Positions 50,169-60,924 are shown, numbered from the stretch's first letter. The stretch is 64,000 nt of DNA from Candidatus Cloacimonadales bacterium (GCA_963662275.1 OY759316.1:2880001-2944000); one strand, 5' to 3'. Numbers and translations: made by a program. The notes: a model not told the origin generated them from the sequence alone.

Positions 50169-52061
50169 GGAGATGTCCCGAAACTAAATGATAGAAAAAT
50201 AGCAACTATTAAATATTAATCATATTACTTGACATATTGTTATAGGGTGTATTGTTGCCTTTAAAAACTAAGCATAGAGAGAATTATGAATTTCAGAGAG
50301 CACAATCCGAATCAGGGGACACTCTATGGACTTAATATTGAAGAGAGAATACCTCCCCAGCACATGGTTCGTTATGTTAACGATGTCGTTGAGCAACTGG
50401 ACTTATCTGAGCTATATACAAGATACTCTGATGAAGGTACACCTGCTTATCATCCCAAGATGATGTTGAAGATCATTGTGTATGCCTATATCAATGGTAT
50501 TTATACCTGTCGGAAGATAGCTAAGGCTGTTCGGGAGAACATCAATTTTATCTGGCTGGCAGGAGAACAGGAACCTGATTTCAGAACGATCAACACCTTT
50601 GCCTGGACTAAGTGTTCTGATATTCTTATTGATGTATTTTATCAGGTAGTACTGAAAGCATCATCATTAGGATATCTTGATCTCGACACCTGTTTTGTTG
50701 ACGGGACGACGATTCACGCAAATGCCGGCAAGAATTCCTACATCTGGAAAAGCAATGCGCTTCGTTATCAGGAACTGGTCAAGACACGAGTTGAGGGATT
50801 GTTTAAAAAGATCGAGGAATATAATCAGGAAGAGCAACAGCAATATGGAACCGCTGATCTTCTTGAGCTTGGTGAGCAATTGCATGCGGTTGAATCAGAG
50901 AAAACTGCTACAGTCGCATCTGAACAGATCAGAGATAGACTGGTCTCAGCAGAAAACAAGCTGAAAGAAGCAATGTCCCGACTACAGAAAAATCATCCGT
51001 CAGATACTCGGGCTATCAAGAAAATCAAATCTCTTTTGCGCGAAATCTCCAAATCAAAGAGCAATGATATAACTAAGCTGGAGAAATATGAGCAACAGCT
51101 TGAGATAATTGGAGAAGGACGCAGCAGCACATCCAAGACTGATAATGATGCCACATTTATGCGATTGAAAAATGGACAGCTGGCACCGGGTTATGTTGCC
51201 AGTATCGGAACTTCAGAGCAATTTGTCACAGGCATTCACTTATTCAATATCCCTAAAGAAACCGTTGAATTTCCCAATCTCATGGAGCAAATGCATGATG
51301 AATTGGGACAATATCCTACCGACGTTGTTGGAGATGCTGCCTATGGCACTGCGCTGAATTTGAATTATGCTGCTGAAAAAGAGATAACAAGCTATCTCAA
51401 GACCCAGGATTATAAGAGAGATTATCGGGACTCTCTTCTGACAGGCTTCAGCTATGATGAGGAGCATGATGAGTGGGTCTGTCAATTTAATCGGAGACTG
51501 GTCAAAATCAAGGAAGAAGAGACAGAGAAGAACGGTCCGAAACGAATCGTGAAAACCTATATATGTAATGACTGCAGAGAATGTCCTCACAATAAAAAGT
51601 GTATTCCCTACAAGGATAAAACACATAAATCACTGACCTACGATCCTCATATAGCTCCACTAAAACGTCAGACCGTCAATAATCTGCTTTCTGAAAAAGG
51701 CGACAAGCTGAGAAAGCAAAGAGGCATCGAACCGGAGGCTGTATTTGCTTTCATGAAGTGGAACAGGAAGTTTGAGAGATTTACTGTCCGTTCATTGAGA
51801 AAATGCAAGGAACAGTTATCCCTCCTCTTTTTAGGACATAATATAGGGAAAATGTTTCTGCACTTACAAAATACTGAAGGAAAAGCCTGATGAAGACTCT
51901 TCCTACCAGAATTCAAACATGAATTAGGTAAATATTACTCCGTTTTTCCTTGTCTTTGCATCGCTTTTCGGAAAATATTGAGTAATTTAGTTTGCCTGTA
52001 AAAACAATCACATATTTTACAACAGAAGAAAATAAAATCATGCTAGTTTCGGGACATCTCC
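50169..52061 (+). mobile_element. IS1182-family insertion sequence
   Basis: Perfect 18-bp terminal IR GGAGATGTCCCGAAACTA (50169-50186) / TAGTTTCGGGACATCTCC (52044-52061). Confidence 0.88.
50286..51890 (+). CDS. IS1182-family transposase
   Basis: GTPAYHPKMMLK, PDFRTI, FVDGTTIHANA, SKTDNDATFM, GDAAYG, CNDCRECP, IEPEAVF. Confidence 0.92.
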   Translation: MNFREHNPNQGTLYGLNIEERIPPQHMVRYVNDVVEQLDLSELYTRYSDEGTPAYHPKMMLKIIVYAYINGIYTCRKIAKAVRENINFIWLAGEQEPDFRTINTFAWTKCSDILIDVFYQVVLKASSLGYLDLDTCFVDGTTIHANAGKNSYIWKSNALRYQELVKTRVEGLFKKIEEYNQEEQQQYGTADLLELGEQLHAVESEKTATVASEQIRDRLVSAENKLKEAMSRLQKNHPSDTRAIKKIKSLLREISKSKSNDITKLEKYEQQLEIIGEGRSSTSKTDNDATFMRLKNGQLAPGYVASIGTSEQFVTGIHLFNIPKETVEFPNLMEQMHDELGQYPTDVVGDAAYGTALNLNYAAEKEITSYLKTQDYKRDYRDSLLTGFSYDEEHDEWVCQFNRRLVKIKEEETEKNGPKRIVKTYICNDCRECPHNKKCIPYKDKTHKSLTYDPHIAPLKRQTVNNLLSEKGDKLRKQRGIEPEAVFAFMKWNRKFERFTVRSLRKCKEQLSLLFLGHNIGKMFLHLQNTEGKA

Positions 52062-52351
52062 TCAGTCTATGTTTCAGACTCATCACCGGATTGAAATCCA
52101 GTGTTATTATCTTTCTTCCCGATGAGATTAAGAGCTGATTACAGCAATACACAATCATCCATGCAGTTATTTCTAACGATATATTGTAAAGGGATATTCG
52201 GGTATATGCTTTTGAACTTTTAATACTTGTTGAACGAAGCTGCAAGCAGCAGTACCGTTCGCAGTAAACTCGTGTTTCATGCATTTAAACTATTGATATA
52301 CTGAACCCTCACTAAAAGCATACTTACCCCCAAAATTAACTGGAGGTAAGT

Positions 52352-53224
52352 ATGGAATCATACGAAGTTCGCTTTTTAGAGTGCCTTGATCTTCGAGGCG
52401 TGTCCCGAGAGACAAAATACAATTACATCAGACAAGTCACTTCTTTAGCATCATATTATGGTCAAGACCCCGGCACACTATCTATTGAACAGGTAAGAAC
52501 ATATTTTGTCTACCTGCATAACGTCAAGAATTATAGTCCTCAGAGTTTAAAATCAGCCTATTATGGCATCAGATTTTTTTTCATCCATGTTGTTGGTTTC
52601 AGGCAAGAGGATTTTACCTTTTTTAAGGCAAAGATTGAGCACAAACTTCCTGTGATTCTGACCACAGACGAAGTTAGAATGCTTATCTCCCGCATTCATA
52701 CTTATGATTATCGACTCTTACTGACTCTTACCTATCAATGCGGATTAAGGATTTCGGAAGCAGTCAAGATTAAAATAGCCGATATCAACCGGGAATTGAT
52801 GACCATCACGGTAAGGCAATCCAAAGGCAACAAAGACAGGTCAATACCTCTGCCTGAAAAATTGTATCAGGAACTCCGGGAATATTGGAAAACCCATCAG
52901 AACAGACAGCTTTTATTCCCGAGCAGAAGCACCAGACAGGCTGATATTAACAGAATGACAACCTCGAACCAGATTTCTGTCCAAACTCTTCGGTCAGCTC
53001 TGAAGTCAGCCTTAAAGGAGACACGCATCCCTAAGCATGTAACCTGTCATACACTCAGACATTCTTATGCCACACATTTATTGGAAGCAGGTGTCAGTAT
53101 CATCATCATCAAAGACTTGCTCGGGCACGAAAGTCTTAGAGCGACCATGGTATACGTGCATTTGACTAACGTTTCCCGAGAGCAGTCATGTAAAATCATC
53201 AATGAACTGATGAATAAGATGTAA
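52352..53224 (+). CDS. Tyrosine recombinase/site-specific integrase
   Basis: GLRISE, KGNKDR, HTLRHSYATHLLE, LGHESLRATMVY. Confidence 0.92.
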   Translation: MESYEVRFLECLDLRGVSRETKYNYIRQVTSLASYYGQDPGTLSIEQVRTYFVYLHNVKNYSPQSLKSAYYGIRFFFIHVVGFRQEDFTFFKAKIEHKLPVILTTDEVRMLISRIHTYDYRLLLTLTYQCGLRISEAVKIKIADINRELMTITVRQSKGNKDRSIPLPEKLYQELREYWKTHQNRQLLFPSRSTRQADINRMTTSNQISVQTLRSALKSALKETRIPKHVTCHTLRHSYATHLLEAGVSIIIIKDLLGHESLRATMVYVHLTNVSREQSCKIINELMNKM

Positions 53225-54367
53225 ATGGATTTTAGCAGGATTCTCAAAAACAACCTGTCCGAGTATCTGGAAAAATATGGAAACCAGTCACCGGAAAGCC
53301 ATTTAAGAGCGATCAGAGATATTCTCCTTTGCCGGACACCTGAACTGGGCGGAGAAGTCTATTTATGCCAGGAATGTGCGGAACTGCATTATTCCTATCA
53401 TTCCTGCAAAAACCGTCACTGCCCGAAGTGTGGCCGTAATGATTCAGCGAAATGGCTGGAAAAGCAGCTTGCCAAACTGCTGCCGGTTAAGTACTTCATG
53501 GTAACTTTCACCATACCCCGGGAACTGCACAAAACATGCCTGTCAAATCAGAAACTGCTTTATGATCTTCAGTTCAAAGCATCATCTGAAGCCTTAAAGA
53601 CATTGCTTTCAGATCCCAAATATGCCGGTGGCGTTTCAGGCTTTACCGGGGTACTTCATACCTGGACAAGGCAGCTTGAATATCATCCTCATATTCATTA
53701 TATAGTCCCCGGCGGAGCTTGGAATAAAGAACGAAAGGAATGGCAAAAAGCAGGCAATAAGTTCCTGATTCCGGTCAAAGCTCTTTCGGTGATTTACCGG
53801 GCAAAATTCCGTGATTTGCTTCGACTGGAAAATCAGCATCTGTTTGGTCGGATATCCCCGCTAGTCTGGCAGCAAAAAGAGTTTGTCACAGACTCCCGAC
53901 CCGTCGGAAAAGGTCGGGAGGCTCTGACTTATTTGGCCAATTATGTGTATCGGACCGCCATCACCAACAATCGCATCCTTTGGGAAAAGGACGGGCTGGT
54001 AACCTTTAAATACAAGCCGGCAGGTTCAGCTAAATTCGCCTTTAAAAGCGTCGACTCCGTGGAGTTTATCAATAAGTTCCTGATGCATGTTCTGCCGCAG
54101 GGATTTCAGAAAATCAGATACTACGGATTTCTCAGTCCGGCGGCAAAATCTGTCTGGGAGATGGTCAACAGCTTTTTCCCAGCAAAGTCCGATTCTAATG
54201 ACAAGAATCAGACAGCTAAAACTTTTGTAATTCCCAAATTTGAAAAAGACCTCTGCCCTAATTGCAAATCAAAGATGACACAGCATGCTTCAATTACCGG
54301 AAAACCAAGATCACCGCCTTGGTCGCTGTTGTTTTTGGCAAATTGCTTTGATGGCGGTAAACTGTAA
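53225..54367 (+). CDS. IS91-family (Y2 HUH) transposase with zinc-binding N-terminus
   Basis: CQEC...HSCKNRHCPKC, HPHIH (HUH), YLANY, HVLPQGFQKIRYYGFL. Confidence 0.92.
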   Translation: MDFSRILKNNLSEYLEKYGNQSPESHLRAIRDILLCRTPELGGEVYLCQECAELHYSYHSCKNRHCPKCGRNDSAKWLEKQLAKLLPVKYFMVTFTIPRELHKTCLSNQKLLYDLQFKASSEALKTLLSDPKYAGGVSGFTGVLHTWTRQLEYHPHIHYIVPGGAWNKERKEWQKAGNKFLIPVKALSVIYRAKFRDLLRLENQHLFGRISPLVWQQKEFVTDSRPVGKGREALTYLANYVYRTAITNNRILWEKDGLVTFKYKPAGSAKFAFKSVDSVEFINKFLMHVLPQGFQKIRYYGFLSPAAKSVWEMVNSFFPAKSDSNDKNQTAKTFVIPKFEKDLCPNCKSKMTQHASITGKPRSPPWSLLFLANCFDGGKL

Positions 54368-54828
54368 GTTAATTTTACCGACGGGATTGTCTTGCCTAAA
54401 TTATAGAAACAACCGAAATATTACAGGCAATTTGCTAAAATACTTGAAAACAATATCAGCCCATACACAAAAAGTCTGATCTCAAAGTGATTTGATAACT
54501 TCTGAAAAGAAAATCATCTCTTCCATTGGTAAAAGACTCTGCTAAAATTGTAAAAATCCAATTCAACCCAAGAAATCTTCAAAAAGCAATTTCCAAATAC
54601 ATATTCAAAATCACCCTGCTACTTGAGCTTGTTCAACAGCATATCCAATCATGCCTATGATGGGAAATGCTTATTATGTTAGTTTTGATTTGTTTGCCAG
54701 TCCATTTTACTTCGAAGGCATGCTGATCATCAATTTAGTTTATAATGTATCTGGCGAAGGGCTGTTGTCTTGCCGGTCTGTCTGGAACCGGCCAATGGAA
54801 TGGCTGTTTGACTTGGTAACCATGTATT

Positions 54829-54997
54829 TCTGGAGTTCAAAGCTCCTTCGAATTCGATGTTGTAAATAGACTATTAGGAGCTGCGGACTTCAGAAATGAC
54901 TTTACTATTAGACTTTTTAATGGATCAGCTTTGAAGTCCGCATGCCCTTCTAATCAGGTATTCAATGATAATTTGTTTAGGGCATTTGAACTCCAAA
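54829..54997. repeat. Inverted pair of GGAGTTC...GGACTTC long-loop hairpins
   Basis: Copy D 54829-54894 (+) and copy E 54930-54997 (-). Confidence 0.8.
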
Positions 54998-55489
54998 CTG
55001 ACCTTCAATGTAAGGGCTTTGATGAAAACTCTGGCATCATCCAGACTGTTTTTCTTTGTATCCAAAGCCATTCTTCCCGCCAGCTTTATCAAACTCTCCG
55101 ACCTAAAGGTCACCTCCCTTTATCCAAAGGGAGGAATGGGTAAATACCCGCATCCTGTCTGATCTCCCTCCCTTTGGATAAAGGGAGGGATTAAGGGAGA
55201 GTTTGATTCTCTGTTCTGAAACCTGATACATGATACCTGACACCTTCTGCAAATGGATTGAGTTTTTCCTCTTTACTTCGAACTTCGCACTTCGAACTTC
55301 GCACTTCGAACTTCTAAGAACAGACAGTGCTTGACAACAACATATAATTAGGGAAATTACTTTTAATTGTCAACTATTATGATATCTTGAGACAACGAGG
55401 TAGCGAATAATAACATCAAAATCAAGGATTACGATCTCATGGAACATTTATACTTCAATCACTATTGAGAAACGGAAGGGGAATGATAA

Positions 55490-56269
55490 ATGGATTTTAA
55501 GATGGAGCATAGCAAATCGCGGTTGGTGAGATTTCTCAGCCGGGATAAGCATCTGAATATGTATTCACTGGGCGACCTGGATGATCGGTTTTGGGAACAT
55601 AATATCTGGTATTCTCATAGAAACGGAAAAGATATCAGGAACTTAATTCAAATATATACTCACTTCGATACCCCAACACTTATTTCATTTCCTGAGGATT
55701 TGGAATCATATAAAACCTTTCTTGATAAGGTGGCTGCATATCTACCAGTCAAAGTGATGTTTCATCTGTCGCCAGATGCTTTGGATGTATATAGGCAATA
55801 TTACCGGATAAGCAGTCAGACAAGGATGCTGAATATGAGTTTGAAGGATATTCCATCTCTTAAATTACATCAGGCAGAAGAAACCATTCAACTGAAAATG
55901 AGCCATTTAACGATCATAAAGCAGTTGTATGCTGAAGCTTATCCGGATAACTTCTTTGATCCGGAGATTCTCAAAACCGGTATGTTCTACGGGATACTGA
56001 AAGATTACAGACTGGTATCCATTGCCGGAATACATGTTTATTCACCCAGGTACAAAATCGCAGCGCTGGGAAGCATCACTACTCATCCTGATTACCGTAA
56101 TAGGGGATTTGCAGGTATATTAGTGTCAAAAGTGTGCACAGAACTGTTGAGAAAAGTGGATACGATTGGTTTAAATGTGAATGCAGAAAATGGCAGTGCT
56201 ATCCATTTGTATGAAAAGCTGGGGTTTGTGAAGAATAAAGAATTCATCGAAGGGTTTCTTCTCAAGTAA
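55490..56269 (+). CDS. GNAT acetyltransferase (FR47-like C-terminal domain)
   Basis: ITTHPDYRNRGFA and LNVNAENGSAIHLYEKLGF. Confidence 0.87.
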   Translation: MDFKMEHSKSRLVRFLSRDKHLNMYSLGDLDDRFWEHNIWYSHRNGKDIRNLIQIYTHFDTPTLISFPEDLESYKTFLDKVAAYLPVKVMFHLSPDALDVYRQYYRISSQTRMLNMSLKDIPSLKLHQAEETIQLKMSHLTIIKQLYAEAYPDNFFDPEILKTGMFYGILKDYRLVSIAGIHVYSPRYKIAALGSITTHPDYRNRGFAGILVSKVCTELLRKVDTIGLNVNAENGSAIHLYEKLGFVKNKEFIEGFLLK

Positions 56270-56747
56270 TGGTAAAGGATGCTCTGCTCTGTCCCTCGCT
56301 TCAGATGAAGAGAGGGTGGCGTAGGGGCTTGCGGAAGTATGCCCTTCTCGGGAGAGTTTGATTCTTTTTCACACGCACTTCAAGAAGGGTGAAGTGTTCC
56401 AGTCCGCTTGGCAGCTTTTCACTTTTAGTTATTAGCTTTTTCAGTTTCTCGGCATTCCACCCTCAATAGCGAAAACATAGAGTTAGAAACGCACGGGGTG
56501 CGTTTTGCCACCTCACGGGGTGAGGCGTTCCGGTCACTTCGAACATCGTACTTCGCACTTCAAGCTGGGGTGAGGAGTTCTGGTCACTTCGAACTTCGAA
56601 CTTCGCACTTCGCACTTCAATATGAAGTAAGCTTCATCTAGGGATTATCTAGGCTTCATCTAGGGATCATCTAGACTTTTTTAGATTTTCTTACATTTGT
56701 GCTTTCTTTTTGCGTTTTCAGTCTTTTTCTGGATATTTATGTCATAT

Positions 56748-56953
56748 TATGAAGTCCACTTGCCCTTTTAATCCTATATTCATTTGAAGTTAACTTGGGC
56801 AAATGAACTCCAAAATCTTAGCTTTAAATAAACGGGTTTGAACTTCCCTGAAAACAAGTTTTCGCTACCGAGGATGAAAGGTCGGGTTTGAAGTCCGAAT
56901 GCCCTTTTAGTCAGGTATTCAATGATAATTTGTTTAGGGCATTTGAACTCAAA
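56748..56953 (-). repeat. Two further long-loop hairpin copies
   Basis: Copy F 56748-56814 and copy G 56887-56953. The span ~56849-56960 is a near-identical reverse complement of ~40886-40998. Confidence 0.8.
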
Positions 56954-57016
56954 CTCTTAGCTTTCATGTAAACTCTAAACATTCTCTGCAACCTTTTAAT
57001 TTTTAACTTTTAATTT

Positions 57017-57802
57017 TTAATTCTTCCCATCCGGGAACATCTCTTCTACTTTAACATCGGGATGATGATAACGTCCTCTTGTCAGTGTCGCTTTCTTGTA
57101 TTGTATTGCAGCTTTCGGACACCAGTGAATACAGGCTAAACATTGGTGGCAGTCATGATTCCATACAGGCTTTCCCTTTGGAAGCGTGATATTGGCAGAA
57201 GGACAGATTTTTGCACAGATACCGCAATTGATACAATCGTCTGTACTCCAGAAGTTATGATCTGTTTTCTTTTTATTATAACCTATTTGATAAACTATTT
57301 CTGCGAATGCATTCAACACCCAGGGGTGCTTGGGAGTCGATTTCAGGACGTTATTATTGATATCCTCAGAAATCTGAACTACGGCTTTCTTAGCGTCCCC
57401 AAATAACTCAGCTTGTTTATTTTCTGCCGTAGTCGGATACATGAGTATGTAATTGCCGGGCATGAGCCGATTGACTCCATAGGAGAGTTTTAAGCCCTTT
57501 GAAGCAAGTATTCTTTCTACCTGGAGCAGCGAGATAACATCTGTCCCTCCCATATCAGCTACGGCAAAACAATATGTCCCTCGTGCGATATTGAGCTTTG
57601 TGATAAAATCCATCATCATCCTTGGCAGCCCGAAAAAATATACAGGATAAACAAAGCCCACCCGATCAGCCTGGGGCAGTTCCATCTTCAAAGTATAATG
57701 ATTGACCGGAATCAACTGAGTATCACCAAGCTTGCCGGCAATGTCTTTCGCCAGAGCCAGGGAATTACCTGTTCCGCTGAAATAATAGATCACGTTTTTC
57801 AT
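57017..57802 (-). CDS. EFR1-family flavodoxin-ferredoxin fusion
   Basis: YYFSGTGNS, GFVYPVY, MPGNY, CINCGICAKICP, CHQCLACIHWCP. Confidence 0.9.
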   Translation of the reverse strand: MKNVIYYFSGTGNSLALAKDIAGKLGDTQLIPVNHYTLKMELPQADRVGFVYPVYFFGLPRMMMDFITKLNIARGTYCFAVADMGGTDVISLLQVERILASKGLKLSYGVNRLMPGNYILMYPTTAENKQAELFGDAKKAVVQISEDINNNVLKSTPKHPWVLNAFAEIVYQIGYNKKKTDHNFWSTDDCINCGICAKICPSANITLPKGKPVWNHDCHQCLACIHWCPKAAIQYKKATLTRGRYHHPDVKVEEMFPDGKN

Positions 57803-57881
57803 ACTCACTTCCTATGGGTTGGTATTAGTTTAGTTATATGTATTATAGTTCACAAAAAAAGTCAAGATTCATTTGATAAAG

Positions 57882-57956
57882 AGAGACCCCCCTACCCCCC
57901 TTCTCAAGGGGGGATATGATGAATCCCCCCTTGAGAAGGGGGGTAGGGGGGTCTCT
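57882..57956. repeat. Perfect ~34-bp-arm palindrome of C/G-run REP units
   Basis: AGAGACCCCCCTACCCCCCTTCTCAAGGGGGGAT-atgatga-ATCCCCCCTTGAGAAGGGGGGTAGGGGGGTCTCT. A related unit lies at ~45832-45863. Confidence 0.85.
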
Positions 57957-58536
57957 TCACTGACACCTGAAACCTGACACCTTCTGCATAGGTTGAGTTT
58001 GATTCTTCTCTCTTCTGTATTCTGACTTTGCACTTAGAACTTCGAACTCCCCTTCAGCTTTATCAAACTCTCCGACCTAAAGGTCACCTCCCTTTATCCA
58101 AAGGGAGGAATGAGCCAATACTCGCATCCTGTCTGGTTTCCCTCCCTTTATCCAAAGGGAGGAATGAGCCAATACCTGCATCTTGTCTGGTTTCCCTCCC
58201 TTTATCCAAAGGGAGGGATTAAGGGAGAGTTTGATTCTCTGTTCTGAACCAGAGACCTGACACCTTCTGGATAGTGTGAGTTTGATTCTTCTGTATTCAG
58301 GCTTCGCACTTCGCACTTCGTCCTTCGCACTTTAAAAGCCTACCTCCTCAAGAATTAGCTTGACTTTAAGCTTGCATAACGATTTCTGAATTAAATATGG
58401 TATTGCGATATGTACTTTGTAGCTTATAGTGAAATTTCTGTTTCACTGCTTTCCAGTTCAGAATTGTGAATTTTTATTTGTCATTCTGAAAGTAGAGAAT
58501 AGTACAAAAAATTAAATTGATATTGATGGAGATTTT

Positions 58537-60777
58537 ATGAGCGATATGCTATCTATGGCAGCAATTAGAAATCTTGATATACAATCTGAAATTAATCCTC
58601 AGCAGACAATTGAACAAATTAAAGTGTTGTTGACCCAGGATTTTTCACCCGATTCCCAGAGAGCGTTGAGATACTATGAGGCTAAATCTCTGTTTACTAT
58701 GCGGCAATTTGATAAAGTAGTGCAAATTACGATCGAGTGTTTAGGTGAATCCATCAAGGATAAAGACTATTTTATTCTTGTACGCTGCAATGTCCTGCAG
58801 GGTTTATGTTATCATAATATGAACGATGAGTTAAGGAACAGACCATGTTTGGAAATGGCTCTTGAATACGCTATCCAGGCAGATGACTTTGAATTATTAA
58901 TCTATGCAAGTTGTTACTACCTTACATTCTTAAGAAAAATTCCTGCTTTCGATCTGGCATTGGAAGAAGAAAAGAGAATTCTTGACCTGGTGAAACGAAT
59001 CCCGGCTACCTACACTTCTATTATTGCTCTTATGCAAGTGTCGAGCCTATATATTGACTTGCATAAGATAGATAAAGCCATTAAAGTCCTGCTCACGGCA
59101 TACGAATATTCCCAAGCTCTTAATATCATACATATCAAACTGACAATTATCAATAACCTGGCAACACTGTACTCAAAAATAGAAGATTACACTAAAGCTA
59201 AAATGCTGCTTGAAAATGGGTTAAATGCTGCAATTGAAATTCAGAATCCACAGCAACAAGCTTTGATGCAGTTCAATCTGGGGAATCTGATGATTGCAAT
59301 GGATAATTACCATGCAGCGCTGGATTATTTTGACAACAGTATTTCTGCTGCACAGGAATGTAAGTTTATCTCTCCTCTTTTTTTAATCGATATATACAAC
59401 AATTATTCCATGTGTTACTCACGCTTGGATGATCTCGTCAAATCAATTGAATATATAGATAAGGCGATAACGATTGCCGAGGAGAACAAGCTCGAAAATG
59501 ACAAAATCCAGATGGAAGAAAGCAAAGCTAATATTCTGTATCAAATGGGGAATTTTGAAGCGACCAAAACCATACTTAAAAATGCGATCAAGTTCTTCAA
59601 GAAAACTAATCAATACCCCCATTTACTTAGGGCAAACATTTCTCTAGCCAAGTTTTATGCCCAAAACAAGGATTTTAAGGGTAGTGTAAAGGTCTATGAG
59701 CGCTTGAGTAATATCTTTGACGAATATGTCACTCAGATTATGAATAAACAGATAGAATCAGAAACAGGTAAGCTTAATGTAAAAGAGCTGTTTGCGAGTA
59801 CTCCCACTTTCAATCCTACTGGGACAATAGCCAACACTATGCAGGGCTTTGTAGGAAAGAGTAAAGCCTCCCAGGATGTTTTGAATGCAGCACTCCTGGC
59901 TGCACAGCATCAAAATACCAATGTGATGATCGTAGGAGAGTCAGGCACCGGTAAGGAAGTAATTGCGCGGATAATTCATAACAACAGTTTGCGGCGTAAC
60001 TATAACTTTGTTTCCGTTAATGTATCATCACTCTCGGCAAATCTGATAGAAAGTGAGCTGTTCGGTCATACGAGAGGAGCTTTTACAGGAGCTCAGGAAC
60101 AAACAAAGGGCTTTTTTCTGCAGGCAGATAAAGGTAGTATCTTCCTGGATGAAATAACAGAATTGCCATATGAACTACAGAGTAAACTGTTACGTGTTAT
60201 AGAGACTCAAAAAGTTGTATCAGTGGGCAGTAGTATAGAAACCGGCTATGATAGCAGAATCATCTGTGCTACCAATCAAAGCCCTCGTGAGCAAATATCT
60301 CTGAATAAATTTCGTCTGGATCTGTATCATCGGCTTAACACGATAGAGATCGTTATTCCCCCATTAAGGGAACGTCCGGAAGATATTGAGCCCATTTTGA
60401 TGCATTATGTCGATAAGTATGCCACTGAACTGAAAAAACCTAAACCATTCATTGATAAGTCACTGATAAGCCTGATGCAGCAGTATGCATACCCCGGCAA
60501 TGTTCGTGAGCTTAAAAATATGGTGGAAAGAATGTATATCCTTAGTAGCAGCCTACAATGGGATGCTACTCTTCTATGTAGAATTAACCCATATATAGAA
60601 GCCCCTTCAGAAGTAGAAGAGATACAGCTCAAAGAAGAAGAGCTGATTCTCAAAGCTCTGATAAAAGCAAAAGGCAAACAAAAGGATGCTGCTATAGCAC
60701 TGGGTATATCAGAGGCTACAATCCATCGTAGAATAGCCAAATACAATCTTCAGCAATATACGAGTAAAGGAAACTAA
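58537..60777 (+). CDS. Sigma-54-dependent activator with N-terminal TPR repeats (paralog of 7168-9420)
   Basis: [45 protein letters not shown] and a C-terminal HTH. Confidence 0.92.
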   Translation: MSDMLSMAAIRNLDIQSEINPQQTIEQIKVLLTQDFSPDSQRALRYYEAKSLFTMRQFDKVVQITIECLGESIKDKDYFILVRCNVLQGLCYHNMNDELRNRPCLEMALEYAIQADDFELLIYASCYYLTFLRKIPAFDLALEEEKRILDLVKRIPATYTSIIALMQVSSLYIDLHKIDKAIKVLLTAYEYSQALNIIHIKLTIINNLATLYSKIEDYTKAKMLLENGLNAAIEIQNPQQQALMQFNLGNLMIAMDNYHAALDYFDNSISAAQECKFISPLFLIDIYNNYSMCYSRLDDLVKSIEYIDKAITIAEENKLENDKIQMEESKANILYQMGNFEATKTILKNAIKFFKKTNQYPHLLRANISLAKFYAQNKDFKGSVKVYERLSNIFDEYVTQIMNKQIESETGKLNVKELFASTPTFNPTGTIANTMQGFVGKSKASQDVLNAALLAAQHQNTNVMIVGESGTGKEVIARIIHNNSLRRNYNFVSVNVSSLSANLIESELFGHTRGAFTGAQEQTKGFFLQADKGSIFLDEITELPYELQSKLLRVIETQKVVSVGSSIETGYDSRIICATNQSPREQISLNKFRLDLYHRLNTIEIVIPPLRERPEDIEPILMHYVDKYATELKKPKPFIDKSLISLMQQYAYPGNVRELKNMVERMYILSSSLQWDATLLCRINPYIEAPSEVEEIQLKEEELILKALIKAKGKQKDAAIALGISEATIHRRIAKYNLQQYTSKGN

Positions 60778-60924
60778 ATTTTAAATTCCTAATTATTTCA
60801 TGTGAAATTTCACTTTCAGTGAATTTCAGCTTCTTGTGAAAGAATCACCAATAAGCCATTTTGCAATTATAGCATAAACTCATATTTATCATATAGTTAC
60901 ACGATTATTAAAAAAAACTTTTGT

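Larger units (their letters stand above)
52228..54638 (+). mobile_element. Two-gene element: tyrosine recombinase plus IS91-like HUH transposase
   Basis: Abutting genes bounded by inverted TGTTGAACGAAGC (52228-52240) and GCTTGTTCAACA (54627-54638). Confidence 0.7.

Noticed and set aside
52352..53224. Integron integrase IntI or XerC/D
   Set aside because: No cassette array is evident, and coupling to an IS91-like transposase explains the gene better.
54925..55162. Short ORFs over the repeat island (also 58028-58316 and 57698-57919)
   Set aside because: They are translations of REP-like repeats.
40893..56953. CRISPR or canonical attC interpretation of the long-loop hairpins
   Set aside because: Copies are dispersed, often inverted, and lack RYYYAAC/GTTRRRY ends.
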